Positions 15,040 through 24,000 of a stretch of 24,000 nt of DNA are shown piece after piece; positions within the stretch are counted from its first letter, which is position 1, and each line of letters starts with the position of its first letter. The notes beneath the pieces were generated by a model. That model was given only the letters and a program-made list of their open reading frames with translations. It ran no database searches and was not told the origin of the DNA. The stretch is taken from positions 1,856,241 through 1,880,240 of the forward strand of contig CAXXNN010000004.1 in the NCBI GenBank assembly GCA_963667915.2, read 5' to 3'. The translations under genes and the position numbers were made by a program. Source of the stretch: Vicinamibacterales bacterium (lineage in GTDB: Bacteria; Acidobacteriota; Vicinamibacteria; Vicinamibacterales; UBA823).

Positions 15040-16695
15040 TCAATCCAACGCGGCGCCGGCATGATCGCCCAGCATCAACCGCCGGTGCATCCAGAACGGA
15101 ATGGTCCCGTTGCCGAGCAGCTGGTCGTGAAAGCGCTTCAGCGAGAACTTGCCCGACTGCGCGGCCTCGACGTCGGCCCGTAGCTTGAGCAGCATCAGCT
15201 TGCCGGCCGAGTAGACCACATAGCCGGGATCGAACGTGCCCCGTTCAGCTTCTTTCCGCGCGCTGCCCTCCTCCATGAACGCCTCGTCACGGAAGAACCG
15301 CACGCCCTGCTCCACCGACAGGTCCTCGGCGTGCAGTTGGATGCCGACGACGAAGCGGGCCAGGCGGATGAGCGCCTCGGCGAGCTGGCCCAGCTGGAGG
15401 TGGTCATCCTGCCGGGCGAACCCGGCTTCGATCATGAGCTGCTCCGAGTAGTGCGCCCAGCCTTCGATGAAACCGATCGACGCGAGAAGACTCGACTTGC
15501 GAACCTTCGACTCGAGCCGACACACATGCTGGTGGTGCAGAAAGTGCCCGGGGTAGGTTTCGTGCATCGAGATCGCCCAGAGCGCCCCGGTGTGGAAGTC
15601 GCGCAGGTGATCTTCCTGCTGCGCGGCCGGCCACGCCGGATCGACCCGCGTGAGGTAATAGTAGGTGGGCAAGGGCTTCGTCTCGAACGGCCCCGGCGCC
15701 CAGAGACTGGCGAACGTCCACCGATAGAACGGCGGCGTCGGCGCCACCACCGGCAGTTCCCCGCCCGGCACCGAGACCAGCCCCTGGCGCTCGACGAAGG
15801 CGGCCAGTTCCTCCACCTGCTGCTGCGCCGTGGGAACGAGCGCCTCATCGGATGGATGCTGTTGCTTGACCTTTTCGAGCGCGCTTGGCACGTCGCGACC
15901 GAGGCGCCCGGCCACGATCCGGAAGGCCTCCTGTGTCTCGGCCAGCTCGCGCTGGGCGATGGCCAGCAGCCGATCGGCACCCAGCGCGATCCCTTCCTCG
16001 AGCTTGAGCTTCTCCTCAAAGCGCTCCCGGCCCAGCCGGAACGACCCGCGCGCGGTGGGCGCGACCTCGTCCCGCAGGTACTGAACGTACTTGCGAATGG
16101 TACTCGCCGCCTCGGTCGAGGCATCGGCCAGATCGCTCAGTAGATGAGGGTCGTCGAGCTCGGCTAGCGCCGTGGGCAGATCGCGCTCGATGAACTGCGC
16201 CAGCCCGTCGAACGATTTCGCCCCCTCCCTGACGAAGATGCCGGGTGGGTCCTTGATGGTCTGACGGGCGGCCTCGACCAGGCGCGGCGCCTGGCGCAGC
16301 TTCGACAGGATCCGGCGCGCGCGCTCCTCGACAGGGGCATAGGGAAACAAGGCCTGCGCGGCGAGGCTCGTCGCCAAGGTCTCGGCATGCCGCTGCGGGT
16401 TGCGCTCCCACGACCGCACCTGTTCGAGCTCGAAGATGCGCGCGCGGATGTTCTGGTCGAGGAACCGCCGCTCGATCTGTTCGATCGGCGTCATGCCGGC
16501 CTTGCCGATCACCGCCAGCCGGCGGGCCAGGCCGCCGAGCTCGCGGGCCTGGCTCTCGAGCGCCGTCCGGCTGACATCCTCCAGCAGATCGTCGTACTGG
16601 TGGATGCCGTCGAAGGCGGCACCTGTGGGGTAGGTCTCGTAGAGGTGGGTGAGATACTCCTCGACGAAGTGTGACAGCGGCTCGGCCGAGTACAT
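15040..16695 (-). CDS. DUF885-family protein (putative metallopeptidase-like, HExxPGH)
   Basis: 551-aa ORF. The size, the motif [17 protein letters not shown] and the ...EGWAHYSE... block fit DUF885 as I recall it. Confidence 0.75.
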   Translation of the reverse strand: MYSAEPLSHFVEEYLTHLYETYPTGAAFDGIHQYDDLLEDVSRTALESQARELGGLARRLAVIGKAGMTPIEQIERRFLDQNIRARIFELEQVRSWERNPQRHAETLATSLAAQALFPYAPVEERARRILSKLRQAPRLVEAARQTIKDPPGIFVREGAKSFDGLAQFIERDLPTALAELDDPHLLSDLADASTEAASTIRKYVQYLRDEVAPTARGSFRLGRERFEEKLKLEEGIALGADRLLAIAQRELAETQEAFRIVAGRLGRDVPSALEKVKQQHPSDEALVPTAQQQVEELAAFVERQGLVSVPGGELPVVAPTPPFYRWTFASLWAPGPFETKPLPTYYYLTRVDPAWPAAQQEDHLRDFHTGALWAISMHETYPGHFLHHQHVCRLESKVRKSSLLASIGFIEGWAHYSEQLMIEAGFARQDDHLQLGQLAEALIRLARFVVGIQLHAEDLSVEQGVRFFRDEAFMEEGSARKEAERGTFDPGYVVYSAGKLMLLKLRADVEAAQSGKFSLKRFHDQLLGNGTIPFWMHRRLMLGDHAGAALD

Positions 16696-16823
16696 CGCGA
16701 TGTCTGCCGCTCAGCCCCGGCCGACGCCGGGTCGGGCGGTGCTGCGCGGAATGCTACAATGCCACCATCGCCGCCCGGCGCCCGGCGCCCGGCGTCTGGC
16801 GTCTATCAACGCGCGGCTCTTGC

Positions 16824-17019
16824 ATGTCCGGCACCCTCTACGTGGTCGCCACGCCGATCGGCAACCTTGAAGATATTACGTTTCGCGCGGTGCGCGTGCT
16901 CCGGGAGGTTGATCTGGTTGCAGCGGAGGACACCCGCCGCACCGCCGGTCTGCTTCAACACTACTCGATCTCGACCCCGACCACGAGTTTCCACGCTCAC
17001 AACGAGCGCCAAAAACAGG
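16824..17019 (+). pseudogene. rsmI: 16S rRNA (cytidine1402-2'-O)-methyltransferase RsmI, N-terminal fragment (interrupted by IS30)
   Basis: [65 protein letters not shown] matches the RsmI N-terminus (LY.V.TPIGNL.DIT.RA...L..VD.IAAEDTR). The frame then runs into the IS30 end. Confidence 0.88.
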
Positions 17020-18470
17020 GTGAATTCAACTGGTCGTCGCAACACCTCGATGATGAGGTGCTGCGATGCAGAAACGGAGACGGAGAAGGTCAGACCGGGC
17101 GGGTCGGCCTGCGATGCGTTCGCCTGGTCGCCCGCCAGTAGCGGGGCGTGAGGAGCAGCAACGGTTCTGGAAGGCGATCGCCCGGGGGCTGTCGAGTGAG
17201 GATGCCGCTGTGTCATGTGGCGTGTCGCCGCCCGTGGGTGGTCGTTGGTTCCGTGGGGGCGGGGGTATGCCGCCGGTCAGCTTGGCGCCCCGATCGGCTC
17301 GCTACCTGTCCTTTGCGGAGCGGGAAGAGATCGCGATCCTGAGCGCGCAGGGCGCCGGGGTGCGCCACATGGCCCGGCGGCTCCGTAGAGCCCCGTCGAC
17401 TGTCTCGCGAGAACTGCGTCGCAATGCCGCGACTCGCAGCGGCGGTCTGGCGTATCGGGCGTCGACTGCGCAGTGGCACAGCGAGCGACGTGCCAAGCGC
17501 CCGAAGATAGCCAAGCTGGCCGCGAACGATCGGCTGAGGAGCTACGTGCAGGACCGCCTCGCAGGCACGGTCATGGCTGAGAACGGGACGCCCGTGCCTG
17601 GCCCCAACGTGGGCTCCTGGAGTGGTCGACGTCATGGCCGCCGCCAGGACCGACATTGGGCGACGTCGTGGAGCCCGCAGCAGATCGCCCATCGGCTCCG
17701 GATAGAGTATCCCGACGATGCATCGATGAGGGTCTCGCACGAGGCCATCTACCAAGCGCTGTATATCCAGGGGCGGGGGGCACTGCGCCGCGAGCTGACG
17801 GCATGCCTGCGCACCGGGCGGGCGCTGCGCGTGCCGAGGGCTCGCCGCCGTGGTCGCGGCAAGGAGTTTGTAGGTCCCGACATCATGATCAGCGAGCGGC
17901 CCGCCGAGGCCGAGGACCGAGCCGTTCCTGGACACTGGGAAGGCGACCTGATCATCGGACTTGGCAGCTCTGCGATCGGCACATTGGTCGAACGCACCAC
18001 CCGATTTACGATGTTGCTCCACCTGCCCCGCATGGCCGAACCTGGCCGACTCCGGGTCAAGAACGGTCCGGCTCTTACGGGGCATGGTGCCGACGCCGTA
18101 CGGGATGCGATCACGTCGACGATCACGACGCTCCCTGACCAGCTTCGTCGGTCACTGACCTGGGACCAAGGCGCGGAGATGGCCCAGCACGCCCAACTGC
18201 GTATCGACACTGGGCTGCAAGTATTCTTCTGCGACCCTCGCAGTCCGTGGCAGCGCGGCACGAATGAGAACACCAACGGCCTGCTGCGTCAGTACTTCCC
18301 CAAAGGTACTGACCTCAATAGGCACAGCGCTAGCGACATTGCTGCTGTCGCGGTCACACTCAACCGCCGCCCGCGGAAGACGCTCGGTTGGAGAACCCCA
18401 TCCGAAGCCTTCAACGAACTGCTACTCTCACACCAGTGAGGACGTGTTGCGACGACCCCTTGAAACCGGC
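17020..18470 (+). mobile_element. IS30-family insertion sequence (about 1.45 kb)
   Basis: The imperfect terminal inverted repeats are 17025-17048 (ttcaactggtcgtcgcaacacctc) and 18441-18464 (revcomp ttcaaggggtcgtcgcaacacgtc), matching at 21 of 24 positions. CAGG occurs on both sides (17016-17019 and 18471-18474) and is the likely target duplication. The exact ends are uncertain by about 5 nt. Confidence 0.85.
17066..18439 (+). CDS. IS30-family transposase
   Basis: 457-aa ORF. It has an HTH region ...[18 protein letters not shown]... and the DDE core with [28 protein letters not shown] and [18 protein letters not shown]. An alternative start is the ATG at 17114. Confidence 0.92.
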   Translation: MQKRRRRRSDRAGRPAMRSPGRPPVAGREEQQRFWKAIARGLSSEDAAVSCGVSPPVGGRWFRGGGGMPPVSLAPRSARYLSFAEREEIAILSAQGAGVRHMARRLRRAPSTVSRELRRNAATRSGGLAYRASTAQWHSERRAKRPKIAKLAANDRLRSYVQDRLAGTVMAENGTPVPGPNVGSWSGRRHGRRQDRHWATSWSPQQIAHRLRIEYPDDASMRVSHEAIYQALYIQGRGALRRELTACLRTGRALRVPRARRRGRGKEFVGPDIMISERPAEAEDRAVPGHWEGDLIIGLGSSAIGTLVERTTRFTMLLHLPRMAEPGRLRVKNGPALTGHGADAVRDAITSTITTLPDQLRRSLTWDQGAEMAQHAQLRIDTGLQVFFCDPRSPWQRGTNENTNGLLRQYFPKGTDLNRHSASDIAAVAVTLNRRPRKTLGWRTPSEAFNELLLSHQ

Positions 18471-19112
18471 CAGGCAGTCTTGCTCCGCCGGCTCGCGGAC
18501 GGTCAGCCGATTGCGCTCGTGTCGGACGCCGGCACACCAACCGTCTCCGATCCAGGGTCGCGGCTTGTCGCCGCCGCGTTGGCGAAGGGCATCAAGGTGG
18601 AAGCCGTGCCAGGCGCCAGTGCCGTCCTGGCCGCGCTAGCCTCTTCGGGGCTCGCGTCAGAGCAATTCCTGTTCGTGGGATTTCCTCCGTCTCGGTCAAA
18701 CAACAGAAAACGATGGCTCGAGAAACTAACCGATGAGCCCAGGCCGCTCGTGATCTTTGAAGCGCCCCACAGGATCACAAAATTATTAGGTCATATACAA
18801 GAAATAATGGGGGATAGGGAGGCTTTCTTGGGCCGAGAGCTCACGAAGAAGCACGAACAATTGGTTAAAGGACCTATATCATTTATTTTAAATAACTTAA
18901 CATCAATAAGAGGAGAAATTACGCTTGTTGTCAGTCCGCAGTCGGACCGGAAGGTCTCCAAGACGCCACCTGACAAGCTATTGATTCATAGTGAGTTCTG
19001 TCATTTAACCGATGATGAGGGCCTCGGCCGACGGGAAGCGATTTCTAGGCTTGCCAGGCGACACGATTTATCAGCCAAGGACGTGTACAAGGCGATCGAG
19101 GCAGCCAAATAA
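18471..19112 (+). pseudogene. rsmI: RsmI, C-terminal fragment (continues the frame after the IS30)
   Basis: AVLLRRLADGQPIALVSDAGTPTVSDPGSRLV...VPGASAVLAALASSGL...FLFVGFPP...VIFEAPHR...GRELTKKHEQ...RGEITLVV matches RsmI blocks. The 3' third has strikingly low GC (see findings). Confidence 0.88.
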
Positions 19113-19130
19113 ATAGGTCTATAGACCTAT
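19113..19130. repeat. Perfect 18-bp palindrome ataggtcta|tagacctat immediately after the rsmI stop
   Basis: Read directly from the sequence: revcomp(ataggtcta) = tagacctat. It is followed by a second imperfect hairpin plus T-run (gacagg-tgggtgg-ccttgtc-tcatttt, 19131-19157) that looks like an intrinsic terminator. Confidence 0.9.
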
Positions 19131-19165
19131 GACAGGTGGGTGGCCTTGTCTCATTTTGGCCTGCC

Positions 19166-19194
19166 TTGACCCTCCTGCAGCCTTTTGCTAATCT
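19166..19194 (+). promoter_or_regulatory. Sigma70-like promoter candidate for the TPR-glmU-glmS cluster
   Basis: TTGACC (19166-19171), a 17-nt spacer, then TAATCT (19189-19194), 22 nt before the ATG at 19216. This is pattern only. Confidence 0.3.
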
Positions 19195-19215
19195 ACCGCG
19201 CCTCCCCGAAACCAC

Positions 19216-19851
19216 ATGGCGAAAAAGCGCCGCCCACGCGCCAAGTCCACGCCGGCCCGCAAGAAAAGGCAGTCCAAGCGGTCAGCGGCTGTTCCGGAGG
19301 TGAGTCCGGAGGAGCAGGCAGCCGTTGACGCGAAGCAGGCCCGGCACCAGGATGCGCTGGGCGTCTACGAGCGCGGACTGGCGGCCGTCCAGCGGCGGGA
19401 CTTCCCGAAGGCCGTCGCGGCGTTCCAGAAACTGCTCGACGGCCATCCGGAGGCGCGCGAGCTCCAGGAGCGATCGCGGCTGTATCTCAGGGTTTGCGAG
19501 CGGGAGACCGCGCAACCTGTCCCGCCGGAATCGCCGGAGGAGCTCGTCTACGCGGCGACCCTCGCACTCAACAACGGCGCCCTCGACGAGTCGCTCAGCC
19601 ACCTTCAGCAGGCGGTCGAACAGGACGCCGACGACGAGCGGGCTCACTACATGCTGGCGGTCGTCTACGCGCAGACCAACCGGCCCGATCTGGCGACGAC
19701 CCACCTTGCGAAGGCGGTGGAGCTCGAGCCGGAAAATCGGACGCTGGCCCGGCACGAAGCGGACTTCGAGACGCTGCGCAAAAACGCGCCTGTCCGGAAG
19801 CTGCTGGAACGGCCGCCAGCCGGCCGACGCCGCCGGCGCGCGACCCGATAG
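19216..19851 (+). CDS. TPR-repeat protein with highly basic N- and C-termini
   Basis: 211-aa ORF. It begins with the arginine/lysine-rich MAKKRRPRAKSTPARKKRQSKR and ends with RRRRRATR. TPR-like helices lie between them (ALGVYERGLAAVQRRDFPKAVAAFQKLL..., AHYMLAVVYAQTNRPDLATTHLAKAVELEPEN). Confidence 0.65.
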   Translation: MAKKRRPRAKSTPARKKRQSKRSAAVPEVSPEEQAAVDAKQARHQDALGVYERGLAAVQRRDFPKAVAAFQKLLDGHPEARELQERSRLYLRVCERETAQPVPPESPEELVYAATLALNNGALDESLSHLQQAVEQDADDERAHYMLAVVYAQTNRPDLATTHLAKAVELEPENRTLARHEADFETLRKNAPVRKLLERPPAGRRRRRATR

Positions 19852-19908
19852 TTCTAATTCCCCGGCCTCCGCCGCGCCGCCATTCGGTGCACTACAATTC
19901 CGGAAGCG

Positions 19909-21285
19909 ATGGCTGATACGCACGTCGTGATTCTGGCGGCGGGCAAAGGCACGCGCATGCAGTCGGCGATCCCGAAAGTGCTGCATCGGGTGGCCGGCCT
20001 CTCGATGCTCGAGCATGTGCTGCGTGCCGTCGGACCCCTGCAGGCGTCGTCGACGACCGTCGTCGTCGGGCACGGGGCCGAGTGTGTGCGGACCGCCGTC
20101 ACGCCGGCGCCCGCGCTGCAGTTCGTCACGCAGGAACCGCAGCTCGGCACCGGCCACGCGCTGCTGCAGGCCGAGCACGCCCTGGCCGGCGCCACCGGCA
20201 CGCTCCTGCTCCTGGCCGGCGACGTGCCGCGGCTGGCTACGGCCACGCTCGTGCGGCTCCTCGACGTGCACCGGGACGCAGACGCCGCGGCGACCGTCCT
20301 GACGGCCGTCATGCCGCGCCCTTTCGGCTACGGGCGCATCGTGCGCACGCAGGGCCGCATCGCCCGTATCGTGGAAGAACGCGACGCGACGGCCGACCAG
20401 CGCGCAATCCAGGAGGTCAACAGCGGCATCTATGCATTCGCTCTCGAGCCAGTGTTCGACGCGCTGCGGCGGATCGCATCGGAAAACATGCAGGGCGAGT
20501 ACTACCTTACGGATCTGGTGTCGATCTACCGGCGCCGCCGTCTGACGGTCGAGACGGTATCGGTGGAGCGCCTCGAGGAAATCCGTGGCATCAACAGCCA
20601 GAGCGAGCTGGCAGAGGTGGGGGCCATCGTGAGACAGGGCAAGAACGAGGAACTGATGGCGGCGGGCGTGACGATCGAGGACCCGGCGACGACCTACGTC
20701 GATCAGGACGTGATGGTCGGCGCCGATACGGTGCTCCATCCGGGGGTCACGCTCGAGGGCCGTACGCGCGTGGGAAAGGCGTGCGAGATTCACAGCGGCA
20801 CGCGCATCGTCGATTCGACGATCGACGACGGCGTGACGATCAACAACCACTGCGTCATCACCAGCGCGCGGGTCGCGGCCGGCGCGCGAATCGGACCGTT
20901 CGCGCACCTGCGGCCGGAGGCCGACATCGGCCCGGAGGCGAAGATCGGCAACTTCGTCGAGGTGAAGAAGGCGACGGTGGGCGCCAGGTCGAAGGCCAAC
21001 CACCTGGCCTACCTGGGGGACGCCACGGTGGGCGAAGGGGTCAACGTCGGGGCCGGCACGATCATCTGCAACTACGACGGGGTGGCGAAACATCAGACCG
21101 TGATCGAGGACGGCGCGTTCATCGGCAGCGACTCGCAGCTCATCGCGCCGGTGACGATCGGTAAGGGAGCCTACGTCGCCTCCGGATCGACGATCACCGA
21201 CGACGTGCCGCCCGGTGCGCTCGCGGTGGCGCGCGGCCGGCAGGTCAACAAGGAAGGGTGGGTGGCGAGGAAGCGGCGCGCCTGA
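19909..21285 (+). CDS. glmU: Bifunctional UDP-N-acetylglucosamine diphosphorylase / glucosamine-1-phosphate N-acetyltransferase
   Basis: 458-aa ORF. It has the N-terminal [20 protein letters not shown] signature and C-terminal left-handed beta-helix hexapeptide repeats (...[46 protein letters not shown]...). Confidence 0.95.
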   Translation: MADTHVVILAAGKGTRMQSAIPKVLHRVAGLSMLEHVLRAVGPLQASSTTVVVGHGAECVRTAVTPAPALQFVTQEPQLGTGHALLQAEHALAGATGTLLLLAGDVPRLATATLVRLLDVHRDADAAATVLTAVMPRPFGYGRIVRTQGRIARIVEERDATADQRAIQEVNSGIYAFALEPVFDALRRIASENMQGEYYLTDLVSIYRRRRLTVETVSVERLEEIRGINSQSELAEVGAIVRQGKNEELMAAGVTIEDPATTYVDQDVMVGADTVLHPGVTLEGRTRVGKACEIHSGTRIVDSTIDDGVTINNHCVITSARVAAGARIGPFAHLRPEADIGPEAKIGNFVEVKKATVGARSKANHLAYLGDATVGEGVNVGAGTIICNYDGVAKHQTVIEDGAFIGSDSQLIAPVTIGKGAYVASGSTITDDVPPGALAVARGRQVNKEGWVARKRRA

Positions 21286-21304
21286 CGCTCGCCTCACGCA
21301 GCAC

Positions 21305-23149
21305 ATGTGCGGCATCATCGGCTACATCGGTGCGAAGCCAGCGCTGCCGGTCATCCTCGACGGGCTGCGGCGGCTGGAGTATCGCGGCTACGATTCGGCC
21401 GGCGTGGCGCTCGTCCGCGACGGCGCGCTGGAGCGCCGGCGCGCCGCGGGCAAGCTCGCCCGGCTCGAGGAGGCGCTCGACCTGCAGCCGATTGACGGCG
21501 ACTACGGCGTCGGCCATACGCGCTGGGCCACGCACGGCCGACCGACCGAGGAGAACGCCCACCCGCACGTGGACTGCCGTGCCCGCCTGGTCGTGGTCCA
21601 CAACGGCATCATCGAGAATTACCTCGACCTGAAACGGGAGCTGCAGCGCGACGGCCACAAGTTCGTCTCCGAGACCGACACCGAGACGGTGGCCCATCTG
21701 ATCGAGCGTGAATGGCGCGACGACGGGTTGGCCGCCGCGGTGCGCCGAGCGCTTGCCGCGCTCAGGGGCCTGTTCGCCCTCGTCGTGGTGGCGGTGGACG
21801 ACCCGGGCACGATCGTCGCCGCCCGCAGCGGGCCGCCGATCGTCGTCGGTATGGGCGACGGCGAGTATTTGGTCGCGTCCGACATCCAAGCGGTCCTCAG
21901 CCACACGCGGGATGTCGTGTTTCTGGGCAACCGGGAGATGGCAGTCGTGCGGCGCGACGGTGCGACGTTCACCGACTTCGACGGCGTCCGGCTGGCGCTC
22001 ACGCCGCAGCGTCTCGCCTGGGACGCGGGGATGGCGGAGAAGGCGGGTCACGCCCACTTCATGCAGAAGGAGATCTTCGAGCAGCCGGACGCCATCCAGG
22101 AGACGATGCTCGGCCGATTCTCCCTCGAGACCGGCGATCTCTTCCCCGGGGAACTGGGCGTCTCCGACGACGTGCTGCGCCGAATCGAGCGCATCGTGAT
22201 CCTCGCGTGCGGCACGTCCTGGCACGCCGGGCTGGTGGGCAAGTTCCTGTTCGAACAGCTCGCCCGCGTGCCGGTGGACGTGGACTACGGATCGGAGTAC
22301 CGCTACCGCGATCCGATCGTGGACGCGCGCACCCTGGCGGTCGTCATCACGCAGTCCGGCGAGACGGCCGACACGCTGGCGGCCCTACGGGAGGCGAAGC
22401 AGAAAGGGGCCCACGCGATCGCCATCTGCAACGTCGTCGGCAGCATGGTGACCCGCGAAGCCGACGGCACGGTGTACACGCACGCGGGACCGGAGATCGG
22501 GGTGGCCTCGACGAAGGCGTTCACCGCGCAGCTCGTCGCCCTCCACCTGCTGGCGCTGCACCTGGGCCGCGTGCGCGGCGCGCTCTCGGCCGACGCCGTG
22601 CATCCCCACCTGGTGGCGCTGGCGCAGCTGCCGCGGCTGGTCGAAGAGACGCTGACGCTCGACCCGGCCATGGCCGAGCTGGCCGACCTGTTCCACGCGC
22701 GCTCCGACTTCCTGTATCTCGGGCGCGGCATCAACTATCCGATCGCGCTCGAAGGCGCGTTGAAGCTGAAGGAGATCTCCTACATCCACGCCGAGGGCTA
22801 CCCGGCCGGCGAGATGAAGCACGGGCCGATTGCGCTCATCGACGAGCAGATGCCGGTCGTGGCCCTGGCGCCGCGCGATCATGTCTTCGAGAAGATGATC
22901 GGCAACCTGCACGAGGCGAAGGCCCGCGGCAGCACCGTCATCGCCTTCACCGACGGTGACCGGGACCCGATCGTCCAAATGCTCGACCCCGTGCAGGACC
23001 ACGTCGTGACGATTCCGGCGACCCATCCGCTCTTGACGCCGGTCCTGATGGTCGTGCCGCTCCAGCTGCTCGCGTACCACATCGCCGTACGGCGCGGCTG
23101 CGACGTGGACCAGCCGCGCAATCTCGCCAAGAGCGTGACGGTCGAGTGA
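21305..23149 (+). CDS. glmS: Glutamine--fructose-6-phosphate aminotransferase (isomerizing)
   Basis: The true start is the internal ATG at 21305, giving MCGIIGYIG... (the Ntn Cys2). Two SIS domains follow, and the canonical C-terminus is ...[15 protein letters not shown]. The ORF-track start at 21215 overlaps glmU and is not used. Confidence 0.95.
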   Translation: MCGIIGYIGAKPALPVILDGLRRLEYRGYDSAGVALVRDGALERRRAAGKLARLEEALDLQPIDGDYGVGHTRWATHGRPTEENAHPHVDCRARLVVVHNGIIENYLDLKRELQRDGHKFVSETDTETVAHLIEREWRDDGLAAAVRRALAALRGLFALVVVAVDDPGTIVAARSGPPIVVGMGDGEYLVASDIQAVLSHTRDVVFLGNREMAVVRRDGATFTDFDGVRLALTPQRLAWDAGMAEKAGHAHFMQKEIFEQPDAIQETMLGRFSLETGDLFPGELGVSDDVLRRIERIVILACGTSWHAGLVGKFLFEQLARVPVDVDYGSEYRYRDPIVDARTLAVVITQSGETADTLAALREAKQKGAHAIAICNVVGSMVTREADGTVYTHAGPEIGVASTKAFTAQLVALHLLALHLGRVRGALSADAVHPHLVALAQLPRLVEETLTLDPAMAELADLFHARSDFLYLGRGINYPIALEGALKLKEISYIHAEGYPAGEMKHGPIALIDEQMPVVALAPRDHVFEKMIGNLHEAKARGSTVIAFTDGDRDPIVQMLDPVQDHVVTIPATHPLLTPVLMVVPLQLLAYHIAVRRGCDVDQPRNLAKSVTVE

Positions 23150-24000
23150 TGGACTTCCTGTCGCAGCTCAACCCCGAACAGCGCGAGGCCGTCCTGCAGA
23201 CGACCGGCCCGCTCTTGATCCTGGCGGGCGCCGGCTCGGGCAAGACGCGGGTCATCGCCTCTCGGATTGCCTACCTCATCGGCGACGGCCACGCCCAACC
23301 GGAGCAAGTCCTCGCCGTGACGTTCACGAACAAGGCGGCCGCCGAGATGCGCGAGCGGGTCACGCGACTGCTGGCGTTCGAGTGCGGACACCTGTGGATC
23401 TCGACGTTCCACTCGCTGTGCGCCCGTCTGCTCCGGCGTGAAGCGCCGGAACTGGGCTTGTCGCGCGCGTTCGTCATCTACGACTCGACCGATCAGCTCG
23501 CCGTGGTACGCACGGCGATCCGGGACCTGGGCCTCGACGACAAACTGCTGCCGCCGAGAGCGGCCTTGGCGCGCATCAGCTCGGCGAAGAACCGGATGCA
23601 GGACCCGGGCGATCTGGCCGCCAGCGGCTGGAGCCCGTTCGAGGAGCGCGTGGCGCAGGTCTACGCCCGCTACGTGCGCGCCCTGGCCGACGCGAGCGCC
23701 CTCGACTTCGACGACCTGCTGTTGAAAACGGTCGAGCTCTTCGAGACGTCGGAGCGCGTGCGGACCAAGTACGCGCAGCAATTCAAGTACGTGCTGGTGG
23801 ACGAGTATCAGGACACCAACCGGCCGCAGTACCTGCTCGTGCGCCGGCTGGCCGAGGTGCACCGCAACCTCTGCGTCGTCGGCGACCCGGACCAGTCGAT
23901 CTACAAGTGGCGGGGAGCCGACCTGCGCAACATCATGGCCTTCGAGGAGGACTTTCCGGAGACCACGGTCGTCCGCCTGGAGCGGAACTACCGCTCCACG
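23149..24000 (+). CDS. UvrD/PcrA-type ATP-dependent DNA helicase, N-terminal part (continues beyond window)
   Basis: My translation of frame 1 from the ATG at 23149 (it overlaps the glmS stop as TGATG) reads [44 protein letters not shown]...VLAVTFTNKAAAEMRERV...VDEYQDTNRPQY...VVGDPDQSIYKWRGAD...LERNYRST. The frame is open to the end of the window, so it is absent from the ORF track. Confidence 0.9.
   Translation, partial: MDFLSQLNPEQREAVLQTTGPLLILAGAGSGKTRVIASRIAYLIGDGHAQPEQVLAVTFTNKAAAEMRERVTRLLAFECGHLWISTFHSLCARLLRREAPELGLSRAFVIYDSTDQLAVVRTAIRDLGLDDKLLPPRAALARISSAKNRMQDPGDLAASGWSPFEERVAQVYARYVRALADASALDFDDLLLKTVELFETSERVRTKYAQQFKYVLVDEYQDTNRPQYLLVRRLAEVHRNLCVVGDPDQSIYKWRGADLRNIMAFEEDFPETTVVRLERNYRST

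Noticed and set aside
21286-21304. A glmS ribozyme upstream of glmS.
   Set aside because: Only 19 nt separate the glmU stop from the glmS ATG, far too short for the ribozyme of roughly 170 nt or more.
19282-21318. A 678-aa ORF on the minus strand opposite the TPR gene and glmU.
   Set aside because: It is an Arg/Pro/Gly/Ala-rich low-complexity translation, antisense to two genes with unmistakable family motifs. This is the typical stop-codon-poor shadow frame of high-GC DNA.

Overview
High-GC (about 65-70% by eye) bacterial chromosomal segment. It is probably Acidobacteriota; this is inferred from a MacB/ADOP-type permease and several Ser/Thr-kinase::TolB-propeller paralogs, not from a search.

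Housekeeping genes are intact and ordinary: M28 peptidase, D-lyxose-isomerase-like cupin, serS, galU, an FmdB zinc-ribbon protein, a DUF885 protein, a TPR protein, glmU, glmS and the start of uvrD/pcrA.

The unusual content falls in two places.

(1) 6.5-12.3 kb is an accessory patch. It holds higBA and a 58-nt 3'-half copy of tRNA-Ser(UGA). It also holds the last 15 codons of a kinase paralog abutting an IS110-family element with a long 5' non-coding end, which is a bridge-RNA candidate. Next come a second kinase::propeller gene with two frameshifts, a 60-bp-period tandem duplication and a REP-like palindrome inside its activation loop. A hicB/hicA remnant and the intact tRNA-Ser(UGA) directly downstream of serS complete the patch. 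The two tRNA-Ser pieces look like att scars bracketing a decayed ~5.1 kb integrated element.

(2) rsmI is split by an IS30-family element. Its 3' third switches abruptly to about 30-50% GC while staying in frame, and it ends at a perfect 18-bp palindrome.

I do not see a clear multi-gene novel system. The most interesting leads are the att-like tRNA halves, the IS110 non-coding end and its junction, the REP element inside a kinase, and the low-GC mosaic in rsmI.

All family names come from reading the translations and motifs. No database search was run.
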